This document shows positions 19,910 through 30,213 of a DNA stretch of 64,000 nucleotides, piece by piece (the first letter of the stretch is position 1; each line of letters opens with the position of its first letter). The notes under the pieces are model-generated. The model was given only the letters and a program-made list of their open reading frames with translations, did no database searches and was not told where the DNA came from. Origin of the DNA: an uncultured virus (IMG/VR IMGVR_UViG_3300037067_004188) (lineage: Duplodnaviria > Heunggongvirae > Uroviricota > Caudoviricetes). Made by a program: the position numbers and the translations under genes. The stretch is from the IMG/VR virus record IMGVR_UViG_3300037067_004188. The stretch is one strand, 5' to 3'.

Positions 19910-20675
19910 CCATACGACATTTAATTCCTGAAATCGTCATGTTGTTAGCCGATCCTGTGCCATTTCTAAGCCCAAACGCAACGGTCATTTCTTCATCATC
20001 TGGTAGATTGGTACTCATTGACGTTACAAGTTGCGGCTTATTGCCTGCATCCCCCACGTAGAACTGCACCTTCGTATTGCTCTTTACGTGGATTCCCACA
20101 AACTTTTCTACACCATCAGATAAATCTACTGCTGATGTAGTCTGTGTTGGCGTGCCATCCTTGTTGCACTCACAGAATAGAGTAGCATCACCGTCAGTCA
20201 TATAGAACCCAACTGCATCAACACGGTTATCGAAAAGATTGCCTGAACCAAGTTTGGCGCAAAGCCCTACGAACAGATCGGCTTCACTAACATCCGCAAT
20301 GGTTATCGTAGTCCAGAACCACAGGTCTTTGCCACTTGCAAGTTTGGCTACTTCATACTTTGAGAAATATGAGTAGTAATTATCGTCACTTGCACCATTA
20401 GTAAACTTCGCTACGCCCCCCCTGCCATCCTGAACTGCCAGTCCTGTGCCTGAGCCACCTGCGGCTTCCGACCATGTGTTTGTTGTATTCACATCATAGG
20501 CAGTCCTAAAATCGAAATCTGCCTTATGCCACAATGGAGGGTTAATTGGCATACTGTCCATCGGTCCGCCATCATGCCTTCTCATCCATGACGGATCGGT
20601 TGATTTGGTATAAAAACCAGCCATCTCATTCATAAACTTGCTTCTAGGTCTACTTTGCTGTCCTCGTCCTCTCAT
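19899..20675 (-). CDS. Probable virion structural protein (beta-sandwich)
   Basis: 258 aa, beta-rich, in the structural operon, GGAGG upstream. Confidence 0.5.
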   Translation of the reverse strand: MRGRGQQSRPRSKFMNEMAGFYTKSTDPSWMRRHDGGPMDSMPINPPLWHKADFDFRTAYDVNTTNTWSEAAGGSGTGLAVQDGRGGVAKFTNGASDDNYYSYFSKYEVAKLASGKDLWFWTTITIADVSEADLFVGLCAKLGSGNLFDNRVDAVGFYMTDGDATLFCECNKDGTPTQTTSAVDLSDGVEKFVGIHVKSNTKVQFYVGDAGNKPQLVTSMSTNLPDDEEMTVAFGLRNGTGSANNMTISGIKCRMDVI

Positions 20676-20793
20676 TTTTTTATTCCACCTTCCCTAGTGT
20701 GCCAAAATGTAAGCACACACCAAATTATTCGGTACGCGCCACACGCCATCCGAAGGGCTATTGCCCACCATCGAGGGAAAATTCCCTCAACCC

Positions 20794-22311
20794 TTATTCA
20801 AATTCCGATAAATCCCATCTGTTACCTGACGCTGTTGTGTATTTCCTGCTTCTACCACTTCTGCCATTTCGGTTATTCCACATTGTCAGTGTCTTGCCAT
20901 AAGGCGGTCTATTTACGTCCTTTGCATACTCAGGCAAATTAGCCTTATAGACCATCCTGAAATTGTTTATATTGGCAAGATCATATTTTCCAGACAATAA
21001 AGCCGTCTGCCACCTTGCACAGTCTATCAATAGCGTCTTGTAGTGGTCTGGTATCTGTAATTTATCCGTATCGTCCTGGGGCAACTCAGGCACTTTGTTA
21101 TACATGATCTCTATACTATTAGTGCCGTTGGCATCTGACGTACTTGGCGTAGGTCCAATCCATATCGCCCTAACACTAGACGAGTTATCCTCTATCTGGT
21201 ACTTATCACAGGTCTTGCAGGATACTGATTCACCACTGGCAGGTGTTCCACCAACCCACATATCTACGTCCACGTAGTTAGCACCAACTACCGTTATCTT
21301 ACCATGCCCCCCTCCAGAAGCAATAGCAACCATAGCGGTAGTCGGTGTGCCTACCATTGTGCCTGTGACACGAGTAGCAGTGAATACCGTATCAACTACC
21401 CCGCCAATATTAAGTGTATTGAAGTTTACTGCTCCATCCGTGACCTTGAAATAATTATATGAACCATTACGCAAACCAGGATGTGGTACCGCAAGACTCA
21501 ATCTTATCTCGGTAGCTCTCCCTATTGCGTAGGTATCGAGATTCCCAAACCTTTTCTTTGCGCCCTGCATGTCGCTATATTTTATTTTCGTTGCGGTCAC
21601 GGATTCCACAAAGGCGTAACTCGTGCAAAGAGATGGACTAGGTGTGCAGATTATATCGCCTTCTCTTATATCCAATAACGTGAAATCTTTGGTTGTATCT
21701 TCTAGTTGAGTGGTATTCGTTCCGCTGCTAGCCGTTCCTGAGACTTTCGTTGTGGTTATACTCAATACCTGCACGTAACCATAAGACCCATCTGCCAAGT
21801 TATGCACAATGAATCCTGGCTCTATCTTGCGATTATTCAGTGTTCTTCCAAAGTTCGCACCAGAATCTACTAGAGTTCTTATAGCTTGCTCGGTGACGTA
21901 GGAATTCAATATGTAATCATAAACAGGTGATGATTCTGAATAGAATGGGATTACCTCATTCATGAACATAGGATAGCAGTAGTATTCTGGCTCGTCCTCT
22001 GTGTCGTCCATGTCTTCCCAATCCATCCATTGCTCAGGACTGACGTAATCCAATGGTATTCTCTGGTTATTGGAATCTATGTAATATACCCTACGAATAA
22101 TATCCACATCTTCATCTATGGGGTATTGATAGACATTGGCTTGTAGAGGCATTGAACGCCTGACAGGGATAAGGTTACAGTCTATGGCTATTTGTCTTAC
22201 TGCTTCATCTATACCGATATTGTAGTATTCATCCAGCATAAGACCATCTTCATTATTGGGATTCAGTCCATCCGCTAATTTTAGTATCTTCCTAATATCT
22301 GCCCTTGTCAT
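20794..22311 (-). CDS. Head-tail adaptor-like protein with inserted beta domains
   Basis: MTRADIRK..YYNIGIDEAV..YQYP..I..V N-terminus and IGPTP..Y...P...IPDHYKTLLID C-terminus. Confidence 0.6.
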   Translation of the reverse strand: MTRADIRKILKLADGLNPNNEDGLMLDEYYNIGIDEAVRQIAIDCNLIPVRRSMPLQANVYQYPIDEDVDIIRRVYYIDSNNQRIPLDYVSPEQWMDWEDMDDTEDEPEYYCYPMFMNEVIPFYSESSPVYDYILNSYVTEQAIRTLVDSGANFGRTLNNRKIEPGFIVHNLADGSYGYVQVLSITTTKVSGTASSGTNTTQLEDTTKDFTLLDIREGDIICTPSPSLCTSYAFVESVTATKIKYSDMQGAKKRFGNLDTYAIGRATEIRLSLAVPHPGLRNGSYNYFKVTDGAVNFNTLNIGGVVDTVFTATRVTGTMVGTPTTAMVAIASGGGHGKITVVGANYVDVDMWVGGTPASGESVSCKTCDKYQIEDNSSSVRAIWIGPTPSTSDANGTNSIEIMYNKVPELPQDDTDKLQIPDHYKTLLIDCARWQTALLSGKYDLANINNFRMVYKANLPEYAKDVNRPPYGKTLTMWNNRNGRSGRSRKYTTASGNRWDLSEFE

Positions 22312-22462
22312 CTAAATCACCTCGAATACATATAGGTATAGTTACCATATCCCAATGGAATTATGAATCCGCTAGGCTTCTGACGCCAAACATTAAACTT
22401 ATTAATTACCCCGTAGATAAACGCCTGTATTTGATTAACGAATAGTTGCAATTATATCACCT

Positions 22463-23791
22463 TTATCCACACCTAAACAATCGCCTCTGGTACAAATACA
22501 ATTTCACAATCTTATAAACTTTCTTATAGAGAGAATCAAAGGGAAGTGATGTAAGTATCCTGGTAAAGTATGACAAGAAAGGAAACATTACTATCAGGGA
22601 AAATATCTTCTGCAATCTCGTGAACTGCGTGGAATACCTACTTTTTAACCTGTAAGTATCAAAAAAGTTGTCTGCCAATTCATCCATATCCCCATCAAAT
22701 AACTTTTCTTCAATACACTGATTACCTAAATCCGTGCCTGGATATGGTTGATATAGTGACGCCCATGCTATGTCTGGTTTACACTCAATATTCAATCGCA
22801 ATGTTTCCATCGCTGTATCATAAGTCTCATGGGGTATGCCAATCATATTTTCAGTTCTTAACCTGATACCATTCTGATGAAGTATATCTGCGGCATTAAT
22901 AATCAAAGAATTTGACATCTTACGTTTTAATAACCCCATTCTAAGATCGAGATTTCCTGATTCTATGGCAAAAGTCACGCCATGCAGACCAACTGGCTTT
23001 AATTTCTTAATTATATCGTTGGTTATCATTTCGGCACGCACCTGAATATGAAAGGGAATCCCAATCTTTTCGTATTCTGCACAGAACTCGTCAAGCCATT
23101 TATCTCTGTATATTGGAAAAATATCATCCTGGAAAAATATCATCTTGAGAGGATATAATTTTAATTTGTTAATCTCCTCTATGATGTCATTCACGGGTCT
23201 AATTTCAGCAGATTTTATCCCATACATTTCCTTATATTTCTTACTGTAACAGTAGGGGCAAGAATAAGGGCAAAAGAAACTACACATCACATTCTTTATA
23301 GGATTGTTATAATTATCGAAATAGCTATACATTAAATGCCTGTCAGGGCGAAGTAAAGTAGTCTTATCTAATAGTGGTCTAAGAGGATTTATCAATCCTT
23401 CCAAAACAATATTATCCATTGTTTCTATTGATTGCTTGTTTTCCAGTCTATCCAACAATTCAGGAAATGCCTCGAATCCCTCCCCTCTTATCCCTATATC
23501 ATCCCCCTGTATGAATTTCGGGAAGAAAGTTATATGTGGACCACCAAAGACCGATTGTGCCTTATACCATTTCTTGATTTCGCTATCCAACTTCCTGAAA
23601 AAGTTATGTTTGCCTGTGGTAACAGAATATGCTAAGACATTCGGTTCGTAACACAGTATCTTATCTTCCAAATCCTCTTTTTTCGTCTGGATGAAATCCA
23701 CTTTATGTCCTGCTTTTTTCGCATAGGAGGAAAGATAACCTATGCCCAAATTCTCTACTACCACGTTATCCGTTATAAATAATACTTTCAT
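22463..23791 (-). CDS. Cobalamin-binding radical SAM enzyme (class B methyltransferase-like)
   Basis: LGIGYLSS, GGPHIT, CPYSCPYC, FQDDIF, AIESG. Confidence 0.9.
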   Translation of the reverse strand: MKVLFITDNVVVENLGIGYLSSYAKKAGHKVDFIQTKKEDLEDKILCYEPNVLAYSVTTGKHNFFRKLDSEIKKWYKAQSVFGGPHITFFPKFIQGDDIGIRGEGFEAFPELLDRLENKQSIETMDNIVLEGLINPLRPLLDKTTLLRPDRHLMYSYFDNYNNPIKNVMCSFFCPYSCPYCYSKKYKEMYGIKSAEIRPVNDIIEEINKLKLYPLKMIFFQDDIFPIYRDKWLDEFCAEYEKIGIPFHIQVRAEMITNDIIKKLKPVGLHGVTFAIESGNLDLRMGLLKRKMSNSLIINAADILHQNGIRLRTENMIGIPHETYDTAMETLRLNIECKPDIAWASLYQPYPGTDLGNQCIEEKLFDGDMDELADNFFDTYRLKSRYSTQFTRLQKIFSLIVMFPFLSYFTRILTSLPFDSLYKKVYKIVKLYLYQRRLFRCG

Positions 23792-24526
23792 TCAATTATC
23801 CTTTATAAAGTATAAACAATTCATGGATATTATGCCAAGTACATTAGGAAATATATAATATTCTTCTGGTAATTGTTCTTCTTTAAAACCAAAAGACTTA
23901 AATAATAATACCCAAAAATCTCTTGGATGTGCATTAGGATGTTCCCACGATTTAGGAGTTGGATAAGCAGACTTAATTAATGGGGATTTATCTACCAAAG
24001 ACAACCTAACCTTATGAGGTAACGGATTTAGACTCTCTAACCAATTATTCCATATTTCTGCATTTGCTTCTCCCTGCCAGTTAGTCATTGGCTGTCTTAG
24101 AAAGATTGAACGCCTTGCACATCTACACATTTCCCCCACAGCGTTTGTTATTGCACTATAATCTTGTAAATGCTCTAATAAGTCAAATGATATAACGGTA
24201 TCAAATGAATTATCCTCAAAAACCAATCCAGTTGATATATCACATACTTGAAGTAAATGCCTGATTTCAGGAAATGAATTCTCAATCGCGTATTGAGATA
24301 AGTCTATGCCCCTACTTTCTATATCTAAGAGATAGAAGCCATGAACAATCATTCCAGTGGCACATCCACAATCAAGAAAAGAATTTGATCCAGTAATCTC
24401 TTTTAATTTTGAAGCCCAATTCATTGCGGTTTCCAAAGTATATGTTGGCTTTCCATCCCTTACGTGATTACTATAACTTGTAAAATAAGACTCGTCATAT
24501 TTGGTTTTTCTTTCTTCCCAATTCAT
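23792..24526 (-). CDS. Class I SAM-dependent methyltransferase
   Basis: FLDCGCATG, GIDLS, FDTVISFDLLEH. Confidence 0.85.
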   Translation of the reverse strand: MNWEERKTKYDESYFTSYSNHVRDGKPTYTLETAMNWASKLKEITGSNSFLDCGCATGMIVHGFYLLDIESRGIDLSQYAIENSFPEIRHLLQVCDISTGLVFEDNSFDTVISFDLLEHLQDYSAITNAVGEMCRCARRSIFLRQPMTNWQGEANAEIWNNWLESLNPLPHKVRLSLVDKSPLIKSAYPTPKSWEHPNAHPRDFWVLLFKSFGFKEEQLPEEYYIFPNVLGIISMNCLYFIKDN

Positions 24527-25404
24527 TTTGTCACCATTATTATAAGATTTGACATCCCTTCCTCGCCACAGGCGATATTTAAATATCCAAATTCGTGCAT
24601 GTGCGGTTTATAAACTATTGGTTGAATGTGTACCTTAGAAAACCCAATATCAAACCACCGATACAATTCGTCCTTACTGTAAGGTCTACCCTCGATCATT
24701 GAATCCCATCCATAAGGATTTTCTTCTGTTTTTCGGTCAGGGTCAGACCAGTATTCCCTCATTGATTGTTCGTTTGTCCATAGATCACCAAAACCACAAT
24801 ACTTTCCGCCTGGTTTTAATATTCTATATATCTCCCTGACACCCATTGCCCTGTCATGGATATGGTGTAACGCAGCGCAAGAAAACACAATACCTATCGA
24901 ATTATCCAGAAATGGCATGTAATGTCCATCAGCAATTACTTTTTCAATACCTTTATTTATATTAGGAATCTCCTCTAACCCATAAAAATTTGAAATATCA
25001 AGACCAATCATCGGTTTATATTGGGATAGATAAATGACAGACCAACCTTGCGCACATCCGAATTCTAATCCATATTCCTCTTTATATAAATCATCACCAA
25101 AAAAATCTATTGCAACGTTAAACATTACTTTATTTGCCCTTTGAGATAAAGGTGTATTTTCTACAACTCTATCCAGCCAAGTATTATCCTCATATTTCAT
25201 TTGAGGCTGTTCTGGGAATCTTCTGGCAATTTCAGTATTCACCACCATAATTTTCTTCCAATGAGGCAAATCGCTATTGTATAAATGTCTAACAGTATTT
25301 TTTACTGGATACGGGTTAAGACACACAGGGCAGATAAGCAAATCATTTTCCTGTTTTAATCCTACTTTGCAATACGGACATGCCAGAACATCTAATAATT
25401 TCAA
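24523..25404 (-). CDS. Class I SAM methyltransferase with N-terminal Trm112-like zinc module
   Basis: LACPYCK..L.CPVC..YP; LEFGCAQG; ALHH..EIYRILKPGG. Confidence 0.85.
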   Translation of the reverse strand: MKLLDVLACPYCKVGLKQENDLLICPVCLNPYPVKNTVRHLYNSDLPHWKKIMVVNTEIARRFPEQPQMKYEDNTWLDRVVENTPLSQRANKVMFNVAIDFFGDDLYKEEYGLEFGCAQGWSVIYLSQYKPMIGLDISNFYGLEEIPNINKGIEKVIADGHYMPFLDNSIGIVFSCAALHHIHDRAMGVREIYRILKPGGKYCGFGDLWTNEQSMREYWSDPDRKTEENPYGWDSMIEGRPYSKDELYRWFDIGFSKVHIQPIVYKPHMHEFGYLNIACGEEGMSNLIIMVTK

Positions 25405-25943
25405 ATAAATAACCCCTTCCAGATAAAATATATAAGATACTCTCCGTCATCTATCATTATGAATTTGTCCTTGATGAGATCGTAAAAATCATAACACAAA
25501 TCTAAAAGATATGAATGATCAGGATGTCTAACATCATGCACGGCGCATATTAAACAGCGTTCAATACAATTACCAATATCTTCCAGACATCCTTCCCATG
25601 TATGGTCGCCATCAATAAAAACTAGATCGAATACTTTTTCATTTGTACGAAAATAAAGAGGAATTGTCCATTTAGAGTCACCATCAAGAAACTCAACTTT
25701 TGAAATATCAAATTCTTCTCTAATCAACATTTGCTTTATATGATCATGGGATAATCTATAACTGCCTCCGAAAGTATCTCTCCATGTATCACACAAAACC
25801 ATAGTCTCTATATTGGGAAACTCAGTTATCATGTCTTTGGCACTATTACCTTCACAGACACCAATTTCAAGATAAGACTTAATATCACCCAATTTGAATC
25901 CTGTATCATATTTAATGAGATTCGATATATATTTGAAATACAT
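25401..25943 (-). CDS. SAM methyltransferase (Methyltransf_24-like)
   Basis: YLEIGV..GNS, FDLVFIDGDHTW, HD. Confidence 0.85.
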   Translation of the reverse strand: MYFKYISNLIKYDTGFKLGDIKSYLEIGVCEGNSAKDMITEFPNIETMVLCDTWRDTFGGSYRLSHDHIKQMLIREEFDISKVEFLDGDSKWTIPLYFRTNEKVFDLVFIDGDHTWEGCLEDIGNCIERCLICAVHDVRHPDHSYLLDLCYDFYDLIKDKFIMIDDGEYLIYFIWKGLFI

Positions 25944-26141
25944 TCACATTCCCAAAAAGTCATATTCGCTGACACGACCTATATAGATTAGAAATTTACC
26001 GATCTCGCTACCATAATTAGCATAAATCCGTCCACAAGAACAGGTAGCTCCACAATTACCCTTATCTCGTTTTAATTCTCTACCACAGAAACAACGAGTC
26101 CTAGTTACCAACGGCAAGAAATTGTTTGGCACTTTTGGCAT
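25944..26141 (-). CDS. Small Cys-rich hypothetical protein
   Basis: CFCG...CSCG zinc-ribbon-like. Confidence 0.4.
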   Translation of the reverse strand: MPKVPNNFLPLVTRTRCFCGRELKRDKGNCGATCSCGRIYANYGSEIGKFLIYIGRVSEYDFLGM

Positions 26142-26895
26142 ATAAAAAATTTCCTTTTATCAAATCATCTTCTGTCAATTTGGATATATATACCCATCGG
26201 GATGATGCCCACAAATGATATGAAAATGCGTTAGGATTATCATATAGTTCGTCTTTGAACATTAATTCAAATTCTTCTGGTTCTGCCCACAATGGATAAT
26301 GGAAAAAATCATAAGGAACTACGGTAACAAGATCAGGCATCAGGTCTGAAAGCATTTTGGGATACTGTACGCCCATATAATTATACTCACCATTCCAGCC
26401 ATCCGTTAATGATGTATTCTTATCAAATCCATTTATCCAACAATGTAAGAAACAAGATTGCGGAACAGCTAGAGTTACCCCACTACATAGTCCGAATATT
26501 TGGTCAGGTGTACCCTCTAACCCAAGTACGCATTTGTTTTCTAACAGAGGAGTAAATGGTTTAACACAGATCGTATCGGTATCCATATAAATTCCACCGT
26601 ATTTTATAAGTACCTGCAATCTTAGATAATCACATTGCTGAGTAACTCCTAATGGAAATCCATTGAATTGCTCTGGAATATTATCTATCTTATGAAGGCA
26701 AATAACCTTTGGAAATTCCCCTACCAACCTATCCCAATATATGCTATAAGGTTTGTGATCATAATGAAGATACACTTTCTCTGGATCGTTTATCACTATG
26801 GCAGACTTGATCGCCAAGTAGTGCATAAGACTAAATGGGATGCCACTTAGGTCTTTTTTTAGTAAGAAAATAAAATGAAAAATGTTAGGTATCAT
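26101..26895 (-). CDS. DXD glycosyltransferase (GT32/OCH1-like)
   Basis: MIPNIFHF, DYLRLQVLIKYGGIYMDTD, HLW. Confidence 0.85.
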   Translation of the reverse strand: MIPNIFHFIFLLKKDLSGIPFSLMHYLAIKSAIVINDPEKVYLHYDHKPYSIYWDRLVGEFPKVICLHKIDNIPEQFNGFPLGVTQQCDYLRLQVLIKYGGIYMDTDTICVKPFTPLLENKCVLGLEGTPDQIFGLCSGVTLAVPQSCFLHCWINGFDKNTSLTDGWNGEYNYMGVQYPKMLSDLMPDLVTVVPYDFFHYPLWAEPEEFELMFKDELYDNPNAFSYHLWASSRWVYISKLTEDDLIKGNFLYAKSAKQFLAVGN

Positions 26896-27505
26896 TTACC
26901 ATTACTCCGATCATAGTTCCCAATATGTGGTATATCTTATACGGCAGTATTGCCAAAGCTACTGCTACATCATTTATTAAACTATAAAAAACATCATGCC
27001 AAACTAATAATCCACCCCTTTTCACCATACCCGTAGCAGTCATTGAGTTGGACAACACAGACTCTATTTTATGGTTTGCGTCAATAAAACAGGAATCTAC
27101 TGGACATCCGATAGAAGCCATTACGACATTCATCAACTCAATGTCGGTACTGTCACCATAGAACTGAACAACATTCTCCTTACCTCTACTGTACTTGCCT
27201 ATCATATCCCTTTCTAATGGTTCTGATAATTGAATAGGAAGAAATTGAGACTTATCATTCACGTACTCAAGAGGAATATCTATTGTATATACCATGTCCA
27301 TGTACTGAGCTAATATGGAAGTAGTATGTCCTTCCCAAGTTCCAAACTCAAAGATTGATTTCGCATTTACGGAAATCAGGCATTTTAACATTAACTCAAT
27401 ATCTGGTTTATGCGTCAACCCAAAACGAAAGTCTGGAAACTTAATATCGGGGTCATATTTGGGCAAAACTTTAATTATCTCATCTTCCCTTATGCTCTGG
27501 ATCAT
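26885..27505 (-). CDS. SAM methyltransferase (Methyltransf_24-like)
   Basis: IFEFGTWEG, FIDANH, GGLLVWHD. Confidence 0.85.
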   Translation of the reverse strand: MIQSIREDEIIKVLPKYDPDIKFPDFRFGLTHKPDIELMLKCLISVNAKSIFEFGTWEGHTTSILAQYMDMVYTIDIPLEYVNDKSQFLPIQLSEPLERDMIGKYSRGKENVVQFYGDSTDIELMNVVMASIGCPVDSCFIDANHKIESVLSNSMTATGMVKRGGLLVWHDVFYSLINDVAVALAILPYKIYHILGTMIGVMVNDT

Positions 27506-28466
27506 TTATTATCTCCAAAAATCTATTTGTATTGTATTCTAAGGAATGAAATATTTTTGTATACTCAAAACTTGCTATAATTTTTTCCTTTAACTCGTTC
27601 TTATTCGATAAAAGATTTTTTATAGTATCTTTTAGTTCTTTATACCATTCCAGAGTTTCTTTATAATCTTCTGGAATAAAAAAAGATACCTTATGTACAT
27701 TTTCTATAAAATCATTAGGGATAACACTATTTACATTTTCCGTTAAGAGAAAAGACTGAAATGAAGGTATTTCGTAATACCTTGAATTTTGCTCCCCAAG
27801 ACCTTTGAGATTCAATCCTATCCAAGCAAATGATGTTAATTTGGCAAAAGAATTAAAGTCTACGCACATATTTGAAAGAACCAGAGAATTTTGAAAGTCT
27901 TTTTGCAATAATTCACAAACAAATCTTCTTTTAGTCTCAGTTGGGGATAATGCACCATCAAGATAACATTTTGCCCCTAAAATACCACAAATATCTAAAA
28001 ATTTATCAGGAAAGATTTTTATTAAATATTTCTCTCTGTTCGGATGTACCATTCCATAATATTGAGATTCCAAACCTATTGGTATCTCCTTTCTGAATTC
28101 TATAAATGGTTTATTTATTATCTTTTTATAATCATAAGATTCTGGATAATCGTGTGCCTGATAAACAACAATGACATTTTTGAATTTCTCAATAATATCT
28201 ATGTATTTCCCATCCTCTAATTCAGGATAAATTGAACCAATTACCAAAAAATCATAAAAACTCTCCACTATATTTTGCTGTATACTATCTAGGGAATAAT
28301 CATTCGCTGGAAAACTATATTCAAATTTACTATTTGGCGATTCAACATGCAAATATGATCTATCAGGTATAATATGAACGATATGACCGCATCCCAATAA
28401 ACCCGCATAAAGACAATCGAACCAACTATCCACAAATTCACAATTAGTTAATAAGAGAAATTTCAT
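27480..28466 (-). CDS. Glycosyltransferase-like protein (CgeB/Glyco_trans_1_2-like C-terminus)
   Basis: IGLNLKGLGEQNSRYYEI...FLLTE motif; very AT-rich gene. Confidence 0.6.
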   Translation of the reverse strand: MKFLLLTNCEFVDSWFDCLYAGLLGCGHIVHIIPDRSYLHVESPNSKFEYSFPANDYSLDSIQQNIVESFYDFLVIGSIYPELEDGKYIDIIEKFKNVIVVYQAHDYPESYDYKKIINKPFIEFRKEIPIGLESQYYGMVHPNREKYLIKIFPDKFLDICGILGAKCYLDGALSPTETKRRFVCELLQKDFQNSLVLSNMCVDFNSFAKLTSFAWIGLNLKGLGEQNSRYYEIPSFQSFLLTENVNSVIPNDFIENVHKVSFFIPEDYKETLEWYKELKDTIKNLLSNKNELKEKIIASFEYTKIFHSLEYNTNRFLEIINDPEHKGR

Positions 28467-29725
28467 TTTACTACCACCGAATCTATTGCCTTTTTACTGA
28501 ACTCGTTTATCCTACTTATCAAAAACATTTTCATTGCCTGTAACTCATCTCTATCCGCATAATCTAGATCGTAAACAAACTCGGATTCCTCTGCACCCTT
28601 TATCTGAAAATACTTGGAATAATCCTTATCTATATTCCGTAATCCATATTCTTCGGCTTTTGCCAGAATCTCTGACCCTAGATAAGGGATTAATGGATAT
28701 ACAACGTATTCGTCTGGTTGTATTTCCTTCACTAAATCCATCGTTTCTTTTACGGTTTCCCACGTCTCGCCAGGGAATCCCACTATCAAATATATCCGTG
28801 TTAATATTCCAGCATCCCTGACATTCTTAATCCCTGTTTTTATTTGTTTTACTGTCTGGTTCTTTTTCATTCGGGATAGAATCTCATCAGAACCGCTCTC
28901 CACCCCAAAGGCAAGATGCCTACAACCACCAGATTTTAATAGTTCAACATGCCCCTTATCGCAACACTGAGTTACTCTAGCAAATGCTCTGTACTCTATA
29001 TTAAGTGGCTTTATTAACTTAGTAAATTCTTTTAACCACGATTCATTACTTGCGAATAAATCATCTTGAAACCTGAATGAAACATCACCATATCGCATTT
29101 GAAGATTACTTATTTCCCACATGACATTAAATGGCTCTCTAAATCTTACCCTCTTATGACCACCCATTATAACTGAATTACAATATATACATTTATGAGG
29201 ACAACCTCTTGATGATAGTACCGAGAAACACTTTTTGCCATCTATCATCCTATGATATTCATTGATGTTTACTAAAGAATAATCAGGAAATGGGATTGAA
29301 TCAAGATCAGGGATGAATTCACCAATGTATATTCCTGGTTGTAATTCCTTGTCTAATATTCTCTTGAGAGTCAATTCCCCTTCTTGTGTAACCACGTAAT
29401 CAAAATCTTTCCTAACTTCCTCTGGAACTGCGCTTGCATGTGCGCCACCAGCTATAAACTTGGCATTGGGATAAATTGCCTTTATCTTATTCTTTATATC
29501 TAATGCCCTATGGTAATTTGTCGAATATGTTGAGAATCCATAATATTTTGCCTGTGGAATATCCCACAGAGCATCCCAATTATCCATTCCACACAAATCA
29601 ACGATCCTGACATCGTACCCGAATTGCTTTAGATAAGTAGCCAGATAAAGATAACCCAAAGGCGGTTCTAACTGATCATCCTTTAATTCTGGTATCGGGG
29701 TAACAACAAAGCAAATATCAATCAT
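28463..29725 (-). CDS. Cobalamin-binding radical SAM enzyme (class B methyltransferase-like)
   Basis: PPLGYLYLA, GGAHAS, SRGCPHKCIYC, FQDDLF, GVESGS, GFPGET. Confidence 0.9.
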   Translation of the reverse strand: MIDICFVVTPIPELKDDQLEPPLGYLYLATYLKQFGYDVRIVDLCGMDNWDALWDIPQAKYYGFSTYSTNYHRALDIKNKIKAIYPNAKFIAGGAHASAVPEEVRKDFDYVVTQEGELTLKRILDKELQPGIYIGEFIPDLDSIPFPDYSLVNINEYHRMIDGKKCFSVLSSRGCPHKCIYCNSVIMGGHKRVRFREPFNVMWEISNLQMRYGDVSFRFQDDLFASNESWLKEFTKLIKPLNIEYRAFARVTQCCDKGHVELLKSGGCRHLAFGVESGSDEILSRMKKNQTVKQIKTGIKNVRDAGILTRIYLIVGFPGETWETVKETMDLVKEIQPDEYVVYPLIPYLGSEILAKAEEYGLRNIDKDYSKYFQIKGAEESEFVYDLDYADRDELQAMKMFLISRINEFSKKAIDSVVVK

Positions 29726-30213
29726 AACTTTGTCCTTATGGGGTGTCCGTCCATATCAACCTTACCTACTACTCTAGCAGGAACACCTCTTGCCAAAGAA
29801 AATTCAGGTATATCCTTTGTTACTACCGCCCCTGCGCCTATCATAGAGTACTTGCCAATCTTTATCCCGCAAAGAATCGTTGCGTTAGCTCCTATGCTCG
29901 AACCTTCTTCTATCACAGTCTCTTTTAGAAGGAAATCGGGATTGACCGCCTTTGTTCTAGGATATATGTCATTTACAAATACTGCATTGGGTCCAATAAA
30001 TACCTTATCGCCTATCCTTATCTTATCCCATATCGAGACTCCATTCTTTATAACCACGTCATCGCCGATAACTACATCATTTTCAACGTAACAGTGTTCG
30101 CCGATATTGCAATTCTTCCCTATCCTAGCTTCTCGTAGAACGTGACAAAATGCCCATATCCTCGTTCCTTCACCTATATTCTTGCTATCCACTATGGCGT
30201 TCATATCAATCAT
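29722..30213 (-). CDS. Hexapeptide-repeat sugar N-acyltransferase (WbpD/FdtC-like)
   Basis: IGEGTRIWAFCH, IGKNCNIG, GANATILCG, GAGAVVTKD. Confidence 0.9.
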   Translation of the reverse strand: MIDMNAIVDSKNIGEGTRIWAFCHVLREARIGKNCNIGEHCYVENDVVIGDDVVIKNGVSIWDKIRIGDKVFIGPNAVFVNDIYPRTKAVNPDFLLKETVIEEGSSIGANATILCGIKIGKYSMIGAGAVVTKDIPEFSLARGVPARVVGKVDMDGHPIRTKL